A DNA stretch of 64,000 nt from a virus (IMGVR_UViG_3300031555_004710:32001-96000), one strand, 5' to 3'; shown: positions 20,360 to 31,278, numbered from the stretch's first letter. The notes: generated by a model from the letters alone, not told the origin. A program made the numbers and translations.

Positions 20360-21565
20360 TTAAATTTCGTTCAAATCGATATCACCATATGCTAATCTTT
20401 CAGTATCTTCCTCTGAAGCATCTACTTTCTTAGCTCCTAAAAGACCTTCATAATATGGTTTAAGTACTCTAAGAACCCCTTCTCTAAAATCTTTATCAAC
20501 GCTCATCAGAGATATGAATTCTTTACGATTAAATTTTCGCTCATCAAAGCCTTTTATAGATAAGTATGGATTTCTTCCTTGTATTAACCCTAAGGAATTT
20601 GCAAATTCGTATATGGAATATATTGGATCAAATCCCTTTGCACTATTAAATGTGACTGGGAAACTTGTACCAACTACATTTGTCTTAGTTTTTGCAAGAC
20701 TAATATCACACTTATATCCAACAAAACCATCATCATCTATTGTATATGCAGCGGATTTCTTTGTCTTGATTCTAAAATAAGTATTTGAATAGTATTGAGC
20801 AACTGAACCTCTTGGAAGGGTTTCTGTCTGAGGATTTATCATAAGAAGACCCTGTGGAGGTGGAGCATATGGATTCATAACAGTATTCGGTCGTATATGA
20901 TTGATTACAATAAATATACAATTATACTTCCATGCTCTATCAAGAACGTTTGTATAGAATCTAGTAACATCTTTACTAGCTCTCATTTGGTCAATATTAT
21001 TTCCTAAATCTTCAACATTATATTCTTTGCTATTAAATGATGGTAATGAATCTATAATATATACAGTTGGAACATATTGCCAAAATGTTCTTCCACCCAT
21101 CTTAACTTCATACATAAACTGTTTGCCACCAGCTTCTTTAGCATCACATATCTTTGTAAAATTATCAAGAACGTCTTCTATAGAAGTATGTGATTTTATT
21201 AATCTAATTCTCGGTTCTTCATAATCCGCTTCTGCCAATGTTATGACTCTCTGTCTAGTAGAAGTCTTTTCACAGTCAATTATAAACATCATTCCATCTT
21301 CAAATCGTTTTACAATATTCCATCCTATTTGTACTGCTAGAGTTGTCTTTCCAGTACCTGTTGGACCGATAATTGAAACCATGGAACCACCTTGAATACC
21401 TATCACTGGAACTAATATCTTATTGCCATCTGCATCTACAGTTTCATTCCAAAAACCATTAGCATAATCTAATACAGTTATACCAGTTGGATAGCTAGTG
21501 GTATTATCATCTGATTTAAGAATACCTTTCTTGTCATTTGCTTCTAAATCTTGCCATAATGACAT
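20360..21565 (-). CDS. RecA/UvsX-like recombinase
   Basis: YPTGITVLD, Walker A GPTGTGKTT, IDCE, YIIDSL, IVINHIR, KTK. Confidence 0.85.
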   Translation of the reverse strand: MSLWQDLEANDKKGILKSDDNTTSYPTGITVLDYANGFWNETVDADGNKILVPVIGIQGGSMVSIIGPTGTGKTTLAVQIGWNIVKRFEDGMMFIIDCEKTSTRQRVITLAEADYEEPRIRLIKSHTSIEDVLDNFTKICDAKEAGGKQFMYEVKMGGRTFWQYVPTVYIIDSLPSFNSKEYNVEDLGNNIDQMRASKDVTRFYTNVLDRAWKYNCIFIVINHIRPNTVMNPYAPPPQGLLMINPQTETLPRGSVAQYYSNTYFRIKTKKSAAYTIDDDGFVGYKCDISLAKTKTNVVGTSFPVTFNSAKGFDPIYSIYEFANSLGLIQGRNPYLSIKGFDERKFNRKEFISLMSVDKDFREGVLRVLKPYYEGLLGAKKVDASEEDTERLAYGDIDLNEI

Positions 21566-21706
21566 AATTAAACCCTCCTAAATATATATTATTTAAATAA
21601 GTATCAATGATACTATCATAAAAATAATACATTAAAAAAATAATAAAGATAAAAATATCAAAAAAAAGAGAACGGAGCATAATATCAACCGCCCTCTTTT
21701 TTTGCA

Positions 21707-21925
21707 TTAGAGAGAATCTACTGTATCAATAACCACATCGCTAGCATCTTCAACTACGTCACTTACAACGTCGATAGCTTCAGCGCTCTTGTTAGAGAAT
21801 TTCTCTTTTGCATTAGCAGCAACTTCAGATAAAGCAGTCATCACTGCTCCTTTAGTAAGATAGTTAGCAACGACTAAGCCAGTTGCAACTCCTACACCCA
21901 CTGTTACGATAGTTCTGATTTTCAT
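21707..21925 (-). CDS. Small N-terminally anchored membrane protein
   Basis: AGGAGG RBS, early motif 21991-21998, hydrophobic N-terminus. Confidence 0.65.
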   Translation of the reverse strand: MKIRTIVTVGVGVATGLVVANYLTKGAVMTALSEVAANAKEKFSNKSAEAIDVVSDVVEDASDVVIDTVDSL

Positions 21926-22024
21926 CTCTGTTCGCCTCCTATATTAAAATATTTTTTTAATGAAGAATTCTTTTATCATTCTTCATTATAATAATATATA
22001 ATCGTATATTTGAATTTATACGAT

Positions 22025-22204
22025 TTATACTCTTCTTAATTCCGCAGATTCAATAATGCGATTTGATTCTTTTCTTATTCCTGAGAAATCAATATTATCT
22101 GTAATATTTTTAAAATCGATAATTGATTTTATTAATTTCACTGCAGCATATGAAATAAATATATGACTTGATATAAATGCAGTTTTTAAGAGATACTTCT
22201 TCAT
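22025..22204 (-). CDS. Small protein (59 aa, below track cutoff)
   Basis: AGGAGGT RBS; MKKYLLKTAFISSHIFISYAAVKLIK…. Confidence 0.6.
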   Translation of the reverse strand: MKKYLLKTAFISSHIFISYAAVKLIKSIIDFKNITDNIDFSGIRKESNRIIESAELRRV

Positions 22205-22238
22205 TTATTTTACCTCCTATAAGTATTGTATATACCTA

Positions 22239-22484
22239 TTACTTAACCAATTCTTCTGCTGATGTTTTTACCATTGAGCGTAGCAGTCGATTTCCTTCTA
22301 CAAGTTCTTTATTACCTGCAATAATATCTTCTCTACTCTTAGAAAGAATATAATGCACATCTTTTAGGTTTGCAGTAATCTCTTGTGTGGCTTCAGTATA
22401 CTGCTTACTAATTACTAACATTGTGATAGCAGACACTGTAATAACTGCAGTCGAACCAATTATAATTTTTTCAGAAGTATTCAT
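22239..22484 (-). CDS. Small TM plus coiled-coil protein
   Basis: AAAGGAG RBS, early motif 22544-22551. Confidence 0.65.
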   Translation of the reverse strand: MNTSEKIIIGSTAVITVSAITMLVISKQYTEATQEITANLKDVHYILSKSREDIIAGNKELVEGNRLLRSMVKTSAEELVK

Positions 22485-22599
22485 TGTAATTCTCCTTTCT
22501 TATTTTATAAGAATCAAAAATATAGTTCGCTATATTCACGATAATAATATATGATTGAAAATTAGAACCAAACCTCCAAGTTTGGTTCTAATTATATTC

Positions 22600-23724
22600 T
22601 TAATAATAATTTCTATTATTTTTTCCACGGTTTCCGTTTCTATTTCTTCCACCATTCTTTTTACTACGTTTATCATAGTCATTATCAAACATTCCAGAAT
22701 CCATCATCATTTTATCCAATGAAGGTTTGCTATCTTCATTATTATATCGACGATTATCGTTATAAGAATGGAATTTATTTGGTTTTCTATTATTATTTTT
22801 TCTCATAGAAATCTCTTTACGAATTCCGTTTTTATTAGTGGTAACCATCATATTACCTTCAATAGTAACAGGTTTTTTATTGTTATTATTTGAAGGTCTT
22901 TTTGTATTTACTTGTTTTTTAGATCCTTCATATGTTACCCATAGTGGCTGACCTGGTTCAGCATTCATCATTACAGGTTTATTGATAACGTCATAGTCCC
23001 AGCTACTAATATAATCTCCATTAGGAGATATTATTCTTAAAGTAAAATTTTCGTAATTAGTTTTCTTCTCATTGGTTTCTTGATCATCAAAAAGTGCATA
23101 TGATTCCAACTCAATCTTAATTTCATTGGTATGATATTTATGATCATCTTTGAATAAATTCTTATTAATTTCTATTACTAAATATAATACTTTTCTGTAT
23201 TTTCTATTATTGTAAAAGAATGGTTTTATTGAAGTTGCTATAAGTCCTTTATAGATACGATATCTAGGATCTTCCGGTATAGGTTTAATCATACCATTAA
23301 ACGGAAATGCAACTACGTATAGATTAGCTCTATCATCACCCTGTTCATGACAACGCACTTCCACAGTTGGATGATTTCTATTACCTGAGTTAATATATAA
23401 AGACATCGGTAATTCGAAATTTACTTCTCTACTATCATTTGGTTTAGAAATAAATTCATCAATATTTTTAAGTGGGGCAGATATACGAATAATCTCACGA
23501 TTAATAGGTTTTAATACATCATTTCTAGATTTTATTCTAGAATTTGAATCGTTTTTATTTTTGTTAAAATCACGACGTTGATTATAGTTATTATGTCGTT
23601 GATCATTTTCATATTGCTGCAGTTTATTTGATGATGCAACTTTAATTTTAGTATAATTTTTACCTTTTTCTTCTGTCACAATTGTTGAATAGGACATCAA
23701 TTCTTCATTTACAATGTTAAGCAT
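22600..23724 (-). CDS. Hypothetical protein with N/R/K-rich disordered termini
   Basis: ORF track; late motif 23786-23797. Confidence 0.6.
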   Translation of the reverse strand: MLNIVNEELMSYSTIVTEEKGKNYTKIKVASSNKLQQYENDQRHNNYNQRRDFNKNKNDSNSRIKSRNDVLKPINREIIRISAPLKNIDEFISKPNDSREVNFELPMSLYINSGNRNHPTVEVRCHEQGDDRANLYVVAFPFNGMIKPIPEDPRYRIYKGLIATSIKPFFYNNRKYRKVLYLVIEINKNLFKDDHKYHTNEIKIELESYALFDDQETNEKKTNYENFTLRIISPNGDYISSWDYDVINKPVMMNAEPGQPLWVTYEGSKKQVNTKRPSNNNNKKPVTIEGNMMVTTNKNGIRKEISMRKNNNRKPNKFHSYNDNRRYNNEDSKPSLDKMMMDSGMFDNDYDKRSKKNGGRNRNGNRGKNNRNYY

Positions 23725-23860
23725 TTCGACTTTAACCCCTTCTTGATTTATTTATTATTATCTAACTAGAGTTATCTAATCAGATTATTTTTCTGTTAAT
23801 TCTAAAATTAAAAATATATACTAAAAAATAAGAGGGAATCTAAATTCCCTCTTATCATTC

Positions 23861-25033
23861 TTATTCATCATCGTCTTCATCATTATCTGAATCAAAATCA
23901 AATGATGGTAATTCGGTATCATCCTCATCCTCATCACGATCAATTTTTATTGATTCAGGTTTATGATTATTATCTTTTTCTTCAACGTTATCATTTTTCA
24001 CATAACGTTCTTGAAATGATTCTATCTGACGAACTCCAGATTTTGTAATCTTTGAAATTTTGTCTGCATAGCGATTGATTGTATCTGTAAGATTATTGAA
24101 ATTTGAAGGTATGCTAAGCATATCAACTCTTAGTCTAGGACCATTTCCATTACGGAATATTCTATCAATTCTCTTAATATATAATTCAATCATCTGTTTA
24201 CGCACATTTTCAGGAGCTCTATCAAGTTCATTCATTGCAAAGTTTGTAAGAGAATCCCATACTTCGCGTACATTATCAAAGTATTCTGTATCACGATATG
24301 CATCAATTCTACGAACACCTTCGAGAAGAATTGATATTGCTACAGAAGATGTCATCTCAGAACCAAAGAATGTTCCAAAATATGATCCCCATTTAATAGA
24401 AGACACATCTTCGATTCCAGAATTACCTGTCCACTTATAAATTTCCTGAAGTAACTGATTTGAGTACATTCCAATTTTATATTTAGGAATATATTTTCTA
24501 TCAGGAATCATGAAATAGGTACTAAATACCATTTCTTTAGGAAGATTACTTTTCTTACAAATTTCTTTTACATTTCCTTTTGCTTTATCTTTAAGAGATT
24601 CCATTAACTCTGAAATATATTCACTATATTTCTCACTTTTCTCTTTATAGCTTTTTACTTCTTTGGAGGAGATATCTCCATTTTTATATCCTTCTGTAAT
24701 TTCTTTATTTGCATTATTTGAAGCTTCTATTGCCTGCTCTACAACCAAGAAGGCTATAGTACATGCACTCTGATCAAAATCTTCAGAAGTTTTACTTTTT
24801 ATGAATTTAATAGCTCTTTTCATAACAGCAGGTGTTGCTAAAGAGCCGAAAATTTTATTAACCATCGGTTTAGTCATTGGCTGTGAATTTGCATTTTCAC
24901 CAATTCCATAAAACCATTCTCTAAAATCGTCTGAGCAGAAAATTGTTTCTAAAACCTTTCCCTGCTTTTTATTAGATAAATCCGAAAATTTACCTAATTT
25001 CTTAACTAGTTTATCATAGTCAAACATGTTCAA
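23861..25033 (-). CDS. Hypothetical helical protein with acidic tail
   Basis: ORF track; AAGGAG RBS. Confidence 0.6.
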   Translation of the reverse strand: MNMFDYDKLVKKLGKFSDLSNKKQGKVLETIFCSDDFREWFYGIGENANSQPMTKPMVNKIFGSLATPAVMKRAIKFIKSKTSEDFDQSACTIAFLVVEQAIEASNNANKEITEGYKNGDISSKEVKSYKEKSEKYSEYISELMESLKDKAKGNVKEICKKSNLPKEMVFSTYFMIPDRKYIPKYKIGMYSNQLLQEIYKWTGNSGIEDVSSIKWGSYFGTFFGSEMTSSVAISILLEGVRRIDAYRDTEYFDNVREVWDSLTNFAMNELDRAPENVRKQMIELYIKRIDRIFRNGNGPRLRVDMLSIPSNFNNLTDTINRYADKISKITKSGVRQIESFQERYVKNDNVEEKDNNHKPESIKIDRDEDEDDTELPSFDFDSDNDEDDDE

Positions 25034-25161
25034 AAACTCCTTTTCTATTTTAATTTAAATTCGTTATTCTTATAGTAGTTATTTTGGTAATGATAACTTT
25101 TTACTTATTCATAGTAACAATATATGAGTAAAATTATTATCTTAAGTATTGATTAAAGGGA

Positions 25162-25203
25162 AAATTATGAATAGGTGAAAATATTTTCACCTATTCATAA
25201 TTT
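25162..25203. terminator. Perfect 42-bp palindrome after the tubulin gene
   Basis: AAATTATGAATAGGTGAAAAT|ATTTTCACCTATTCATAATTT. Confidence 0.75.
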
Positions 25204-25207
25204 ATAA

Positions 25208-26389
25208 CTATAAATTATCAAAGAAGTTTGCTAATTTATTAGTCTTTTCTTCTTCATCTGATCTGTCATTTCCTTTGAGGAAATCAGGTATTTCATCTTT
25301 CACATCAGAACTTCTAAGTTCAGTAAGATTAAATTTCTTTTGCTTATTAGCTCTTTCAGTATATTCCGCAACAATTTCATTCATCTTAGCAATTCTTGTA
25401 TAAGGAGTTGTCTGACCAGAAAGAATTATAATCATCTGTCCAGTTGCACCTTGAGTAATTGCATAGTTTTCGAAAATTGTTAAAGGTCTTCCAATATACC
25501 CTATAAGCTCTTCATAATCTGACGCTTTAGATGAATCTGTCATATCATCTGGCATATTTATAATAGCTGCCATCTGTTTTACAATTCCATCTCTCATAAT
25601 TTCTGTAGCAGGAGATTGTTTAATTTTCTTAATCATCATCTGCTGCATAGATTCTTTGTCAAGTTGACTCTGAGATACTTTATTTAAATTGTATACAGAT
25701 AAGTATCCAGGTTCAGCAATTACTGTACGCATATCATTTTCATCTATCATACCATAAGAAGATTTATTTAAATATTTTCCTCTAATGGCATTGATACTAT
25801 CAATGATAAATAGTTGTACATCTCTATATGCCTCATCATTAGGGATTCCTTGATAATAATCTAAATCAGCTAATATATAAGGTACATTTAATTCGGTAAT
25901 TTCCGAAAGACATCCAATGGAATTTTCCTGAGCTTTAACAGAATCTGTTAATCTTGGAAGTATTCCACAATAGATGATAATTTTTGAAGGATATTGCTGT
26001 TTAAGTAATGCTACTAATGACGGACAAACACCAGAGCCTGTTCCGCCAGCTGTAGAACCAGAAACTATAATAACGTCACTTCTTTCACACATATCTGTAA
26101 AATAAGGAACCTGAGTCATAAGCTCCATTCCATTATCCTTCATAAATGAAAGAGCAACTTTACGATTTTTTCCAGCACCTCTAGCTTCTTTACCGATAAT
26201 GAATGATTTAATATTCTTATCGACTACAGAGTTATTGAGGTCTGCATAAGATGAATTGATTGCAAAAACATCAATATCATGTTTAATAGCTTCATTAAGA
26301 AGCTGGTTTCCTGCATTTCCGACACCAATTAGGGATATCTGCAGAGCTGCACGATTTTCTAACATTTCGCTCACCTTTTCGAATTCCAT
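25208..26389 (-). CDS. Tubulin/FtsZ-family GTPase (PhuZ/TubZ-like)
   Basis: IGVGNAGNQ, GAGK, signature AGGTGSG, T7-loop-like MIDENDM. Confidence 0.9.
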   Translation of the reverse strand: MEFEKVSEMLENRAALQISLIGVGNAGNQLLNEAIKHDIDVFAINSSYADLNNSVVDKNIKSFIIGKEARGAGKNRKVALSFMKDNGMELMTQVPYFTDMCERSDVIIVSGSTAGGTGSGVCPSLVALLKQQYPSKIIIYCGILPRLTDSVKAQENSIGCLSEITELNVPYILADLDYYQGIPNDEAYRDVQLFIIDSINAIRGKYLNKSSYGMIDENDMRTVIAEPGYLSVYNLNKVSQSQLDKESMQQMMIKKIKQSPATEIMRDGIVKQMAAIINMPDDMTDSSKASDYEELIGYIGRPLTIFENYAITQGATGQMIIILSGQTTPYTRIAKMNEIVAEYTERANKQKKFNLTELRSSDVKDEIPDFLKGNDRSDEEEKTNKLANFFDNL

Positions 26390-26598
26390 AATTTTTAGCC
26401 TCCTAAATATATTTTATTATATGATTAACTCATTAACTGAGTAACCCTCTAGATTAGTAGAAGACAAAACTATATTATTTGTATTGATTTATATATTTTG
26501 TCCATTTGTATTAAATAGAAACTACGTGTTAGATAAAATATTTATATTATAGGAGGCTAAGCCTATTCGTAAATACTCTAACACGTAGCTTTATTTCA
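26390..26598 (-). promoter_or_regulatory. Structured 5' leader of the tubulin gene with anti-RBS
   Basis: 12-bp stem 26522-26533/26577-26588; 26550-26560 is the exact complement of the RBS at 26395-26405. Confidence 0.7.
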
Positions 26599-26637
26599 TT
26601 AAAATAATACACTATTAAATTAATATTTTATATAATT

Positions 26638-27375
26638 TTATACTCTTGGACCAGGTATCTTATTGATATCTCCAATAAGATTAGTTTGAATTCCTTGCAT
26701 AATATAATATGTAGAAAAAGTATTTAATGCAGTTTTATTATAAGGATCTTTTAAATCAAGATCTAATAAAGATACATATCCATTCTTTGCAATATCATTA
26801 TACATCTCTAGTTTAGCTTTTCGATTATCTGCACGAGGTCCCATAAATTCCTGCAGGGCGTTCATTGCTTTGATAGCTGCTAAGCTGTATGTTTCCATAT
26901 CTGAGTTAATAGCATTTCTATCTTCTCCAGTAACCTGGTTAGTAAGAACTGAACGTTTATTAATTTCAGTAGATCCTGCAGATTTTTTAAGAAGAAATTG
27001 CTGCATTCTCTTTTCATGAATATACCCTACAGGAACTGGATACGGAGTAACAATTACATTTTCAGGATCATTTGTAAGATATGGTAATGCAACTCTTTCT
27101 AATAATGGTACATTCATGTATTTAGCACATTTTTCTATATTTTCTATCGATAAATCTCTTTCATATTCCACAATTTCCAAATAGAAATTTTTCTTTGGGT
27201 CTTTAAAGAAATCCCTAATATATTTATCAAACTGCTGATCAGACATCTTCTCAAATTTTTCTTGATATATCTTTGCGTTTTGTCCCGTTGGGTCAAGAAG
27301 ATTCATTACTTTAAGAAGATGGTCCATAAATTTTTTACGTTTATCTTGTATAGATGCCATTATAAATTTCACCAC
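26638..27375 (-). CDS. Virion RNA polymerase beta subunit, small C-terminal fragment (phiKZ gp149-like)
   Basis: PVPVGYIH.KR.Q, RSVLTNQVTG, SDMETYSL, LQEFMGPRADN correspond to RpoB C-terminal motifs; late promoter 27405-27416. Confidence 0.8.
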   Translation of the reverse strand: MVKFIMASIQDKRKKFMDHLLKVMNLLDPTGQNAKIYQEKFEKMSDQQFDKYIRDFFKDPKKNFYLEIVEYERDLSIENIEKCAKYMNVPLLERVALPYLTNDPENVIVTPYPVPVGYIHEKRMQQFLLKKSAGSTEINKRSVLTNQVTGEDRNAINSDMETYSLAAIKAMNALQEFMGPRADNRKAKLEMYNDIAKNGYVSLLDLDLKDPYNKTALNTFSTYYIMQGIQTNLIGDINKIPGPRV

Positions 27376-27482
27376 CTTTAAATTGGTCAGTTTAGTTTAA
27401 GTATTAGATTTTTGTTAAAATGAGTAATTTATATTCTAAAAATAAAGAAGATAGAACCACATAGTTCTATCTTCTAATTAAA

Positions 27483-30400
27483 TTATAGTAAACCCGCTTC
27501 AGTAAATTGTTTATTATAAAAATCAATTGCAGATTTAACTCCTGGTAGATGAGCTGTGAAATTATCATATATACTTTGACACGTTTCAACGGCTTCAACA
27601 ACACCGAGGTCAAATACAACACCAACTTCAGGTTTCCATAAAACTTTGACATCGTATTCGTGATTATTTATCGAATACTTTTCTTTAATTATAGTATTTT
27701 CACGTGTTTTATCAACTTTAATCATTCTTCCAAGACCAAATTTATTCCAGTTTGGATTTTCTTCATCAGATAAATATATATTAGAAAAATATTTATCAGC
27801 AGGAATTTCAGAAGGTAATATAGAAAGACCAGTAGCTTTACAGCAAGGCATTCCTATATAGTCTATCATCTGTACAGTTGTACCATAATCTGAAATTGCT
27901 AAACATTTACCATTACCATAACAAATTGATACCAAGTTAGTAATGTATTCATATATTACATCTTCATTCCAATTAATACCATCAATAGAGTATACAAATG
28001 AATTAGAATCATATGAGATTGCTATAAATTTATCATTTGTGTATATAACTCTCCACATTCTAATATACTCGTCCAATATATCTCCAGTCCATTCGATACC
28101 ATCGATAGAATAATAATACATATCAGTATTACCATCATTACCTAATGCCACAAATTTACCATTACCATAGCATACAGATAATAATGATGTATTTGTATCA
28201 GGAGAAGCATCAAAAACTACCCAATCAATACCATTAACGGAATATGCTATATTATTACAAACTCCTACAACTACGAATTTACCATCACCGTAACAAATTG
28301 ACTTCCAACCAGTTGTCCAGGTGGAACTATCTATATCGCAATATGTCCAGTTAATACCGTCAGTAGAATACGTATATACGGTGTCATATTCTGATATGGC
28401 TACGAATTTACCATCTCCATAACATACTGAACATAATGACGCTAGATCTGTGTTTAAATAAACTTTCCAATTAATGCCATCGGATGAATAAACTATCGGG
28501 GCTCCCCCACCAGCAACCAATTCTCCAACAGCTACGAATTTACCATCTCCATAACATACTGAATACAGCCTAATATCAATCACATCAGATGGAATATTTG
28601 CGAAATTCCAGATTAATCCATCGGATGAATATGCGATACTCATACAAGGAGTCTCATTATCATAACCGATTGCTATATACTTACCATCACCATAACATAT
28701 ATCAATCCATTCAATATTAGTAGTACCAATGGAACCTTCAATCCAACGTTCAATATAAGCACATTTATCAGCTTCACAATTACACTTGTGAGTTTGAACC
28801 GATGTTGATTTAGTTTTTGCATCAGCTGCAAGTATAACATCTAATTCAGCATGAGGAGTACTCATAGGATACTCTTCGGTACCACCGCCATCATTTGATA
28901 AGGTTTTTTGAATACCAACGTATATATCGCTATCACCAATTGCATCTATTTGATATTCTGATGGGGTATACACATAGTGCGTAACATTTTTAGCAATTTC
29001 AAGATCATCCTTTGATACAGCATCAGAAATATTATAACCAGAGAATGTATTCGGAGTATTTAATATTTCTGAATAAATAGTAGAAGATAAATTGCTAGAA
29101 AAATCTTTTAAACCTTCATTATAATTAGGTGTACCAAATTTACTATTATCAACTATTTTCTTCCAAGTTGCCGCACCAGATTCATCCTCTACATATAATG
29201 TATTACCATTATGATATTTAGAATCCAATAAATCAGCAACTTCTTCAGAAGACGCCAATATATCAAACGAGGAAATTTCATATGCTCTCTCACTTACTTC
29301 AGTAGAGAATTTATCATATGGAAATATTACTATTCCCAATTTAGCAAATACATAATTATTTGATATTGCTATAAATTTTGCATTGCCATATGCAATAGAT
29401 GTCCATTCACCAAATACATCAATAGCATCTTCGATCCAATTTATACCATCGATTGAATATGCGTATATATTTGTACCATAGTCAAGGGCAATGAATTTTC
29501 CATTTCCATGACATACAGTAATCCAATATCTATTACTATTAGCTACTGGTACTTCTACCCATGTAATACCAGTTGTAGAATATGCAATAGTTCCATTCAT
29601 ACCAACTACTACAAATTTTCCATTTCCATAGCATATGTTAGTCCATGAATTATTCGAAATACTGATATTTCCAACCATCCAACTAAGACCATCAGACGAA
29701 TAAGCGAATGTATTTCCAATACCTGTAATAGCCACAAATTTTTCATTTCCATAGCATATAGATATCCAATAATCTGAAGAAATTCCTATGTTTATCTCTG
29801 CCCATATAAGTCCATCGGCAGAATAAGCAAATGTATTCGAATTATATGCAACTGCGATATATTTTCCATTTCCATAACATACAGAATACCAATTTCTTGA
29901 TACATGTGCCATAAGGACTTCAGTCCAAATAATACCATCTGTAGAATATGCTAAAATACTATCGCTAGATATTGCTATAAATTTTCCATTTCCATAGCAG
30001 ATAGTTTTCCAAATTCTATGGGTAGTGCCTACTACTGATATTTTCCAAGAGATACCATCGATCGAATAATAGAATGCGTTAACTCCCATATTATTGAAAG
30101 GTATCGCAATAAATTTATCGTTACCATAACAAATTGATTGCCATTGCATAACGCTCATTGGCATCGATGTCCACTTATCCACTGAACCTGCAATATTATC
30201 AACTGTTACATTTACTCTATTATCTAGATGATGAGTATGCTGCCCAGGTGCTTTTGAATCCCATCCGGCAATCATTTCTGGATTAATATGTGTTGATACA
30301 TGTTTATCAACTTTATCATATGATCCTGAAATAATTTGCTCTGATATAGAATAATCTAAACCATCGCTTATTCTATTTTTTAAAATATTTAATATTTCAG

Positions 30401-31139
30401 TATACAATTCCCCATCTTCAGCAAAAATAACTGGAATGTTACTTGATGGAATAAGGTTATCAAATAATTCTCTCTCATCATCAGTAATGTGGATATCATA
30501 GTTATCTCTATGATTATAAAATCTTGATAATCCTCCATCAACAAATATATCTATAGCTTCAACTACTGCTAAATATGGATCTTTTTGCACATTATTTGGA
30601 TCATATATATTTTGCAACATCTTATTTACAATATTATATGAAACCCATGTTGTTCCATTATAATATTTTAATGAAATTGTATTATTGGTTTGTAAGTTAG
30701 ATGTATCTATCCATAGCATGGTTGTATTTGTAGGAGGATTATTTCCGATACTAAATGGAGTTATATTATTTCCACTACTATCAATATCAGAAATGTCTGA
30801 CCATACGACAGGACTTGTTACTGAAGTTAATTCAGTAATATATTTAGTATTCCCCCCAGCATCACAGGTAATAAGCTTTTTACCATTTTGCTCATATACA
30901 GATATATTTACAAAATCTGTAGCTAAAGGAGAGTTTGGGAGGTTTGTAAGTTTATAATTACCAACTGGTAAATAGTATAAACTATTTGATTCCGCAGTAA
31001 ATTCGGAACCAATTGTCTCATAATTCTGCTCTGTATATCCCCATATTTCTGGCTTATACGAAAGTAAATTTCCTACAAGATTGTCAAATGATATACCATT
31101 TTCAATCTTTTTAGAAATGTAAGACAAAATATCTACCAT
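27483..31139 (-). CDS. Tail/receptor-binding protein with two beta-propeller repeat clusters
   Basis: Many W.S(I/V)CYG(N/D)GKF(I/V)A…YS.DGI.W repeats in two blocks; late promoter 31184-31195. Confidence 0.8.
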   Translation of the reverse strand: MVDILSYISKKIENGISFDNLVGNLLSYKPEIWGYTEQNYETIGSEFTAESNSLYYLPVGNYKLTNLPNSPLATDFVNISVYEQNGKKLITCDAGGNTKYITELTSVTSPVVWSDISDIDSSGNNITPFSIGNNPPTNTTMLWIDTSNLQTNNTISLKYYNGTTWVSYNIVNKMLQNIYDPNNVQKDPYLAVVEAIDIFVDGGLSRFYNHRDNYDIHITDDERELFDNLIPSSNIPVIFAEDGELYTEILNILKNRISDGLDYSISEQIISGSYDKVDKHVSTHINPEMIAGWDSKAPGQHTHHLDNRVNVTVDNIAGSVDKWTSMPMSVMQWQSICYGNDKFIAIPFNNMGVNAFYYSIDGISWKISVVGTTHRIWKTICYGNGKFIAISSDSILAYSTDGIIWTEVLMAHVSRNWYSVCYGNGKYIAVAYNSNTFAYSADGLIWAEINIGISSDYWISICYGNEKFVAITGIGNTFAYSSDGLSWMVGNISISNNSWTNICYGNGKFVVVGMNGTIAYSTTGITWVEVPVANSNRYWITVCHGNGKFIALDYGTNIYAYSIDGINWIEDAIDVFGEWTSIAYGNAKFIAISNNYVFAKLGIVIFPYDKFSTEVSERAYEISSFDILASSEEVADLLDSKYHNGNTLYVEDESGAATWKKIVDNSKFGTPNYNEGLKDFSSNLSSTIYSEILNTPNTFSGYNISDAVSKDDLEIAKNVTHYVYTPSEYQIDAIGDSDIYVGIQKTLSNDGGGTEEYPMSTPHAELDVILAADAKTKSTSVQTHKCNCEADKCAYIERWIEGSIGTTNIEWIDICYGDGKYIAIGYDNETPCMSIAYSSDGLIWNFANIPSDVIDIRLYSVCYGDGKFVAVGELVAGGGAPIVYSSDGINWKVYLNTDLASLCSVCYGDGKFVAISEYDTVYTYSTDGINWTYCDIDSSTWTTGWKSICYGDGKFVVVGVCNNIAYSVNGIDWVVFDASPDTNTSLLSVCYGNGKFVALGNDGNTDMYYYSIDGIEWTGDILDEYIRMWRVIYTNDKFIAISYDSNSFVYSIDGINWNEDVIYEYITNLVSICYGNGKCLAISDYGTTVQMIDYIGMPCCKATGLSILPSEIPADKYFSNIYLSDEENPNWNKFGLGRMIKVDKTRENTIIKEKYSINNHEYDVKVLWKPEVGVVFDLGVVEAVETCQSIYDNFTAHLPGVKSAIDFYNKQFTEAGLL

Positions 31140-31278
31140 ATTAATTTCACCTCACATAATTAAAATATTCTTGTTATCAGAATTAAGGCTTTGTTTTTGG
31201 GTATTTTGTCAACATTTTTGTAATAGTTTATTATATAAATACAAACACAATTAATAAAAAATGAAAGGAGTAGTAGAT

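Noticed and set aside
22600-26389. Calling this a nucleus-forming phage
   Set aside because: A tubulin alone is insufficient and no chimallin could be recognised in this window
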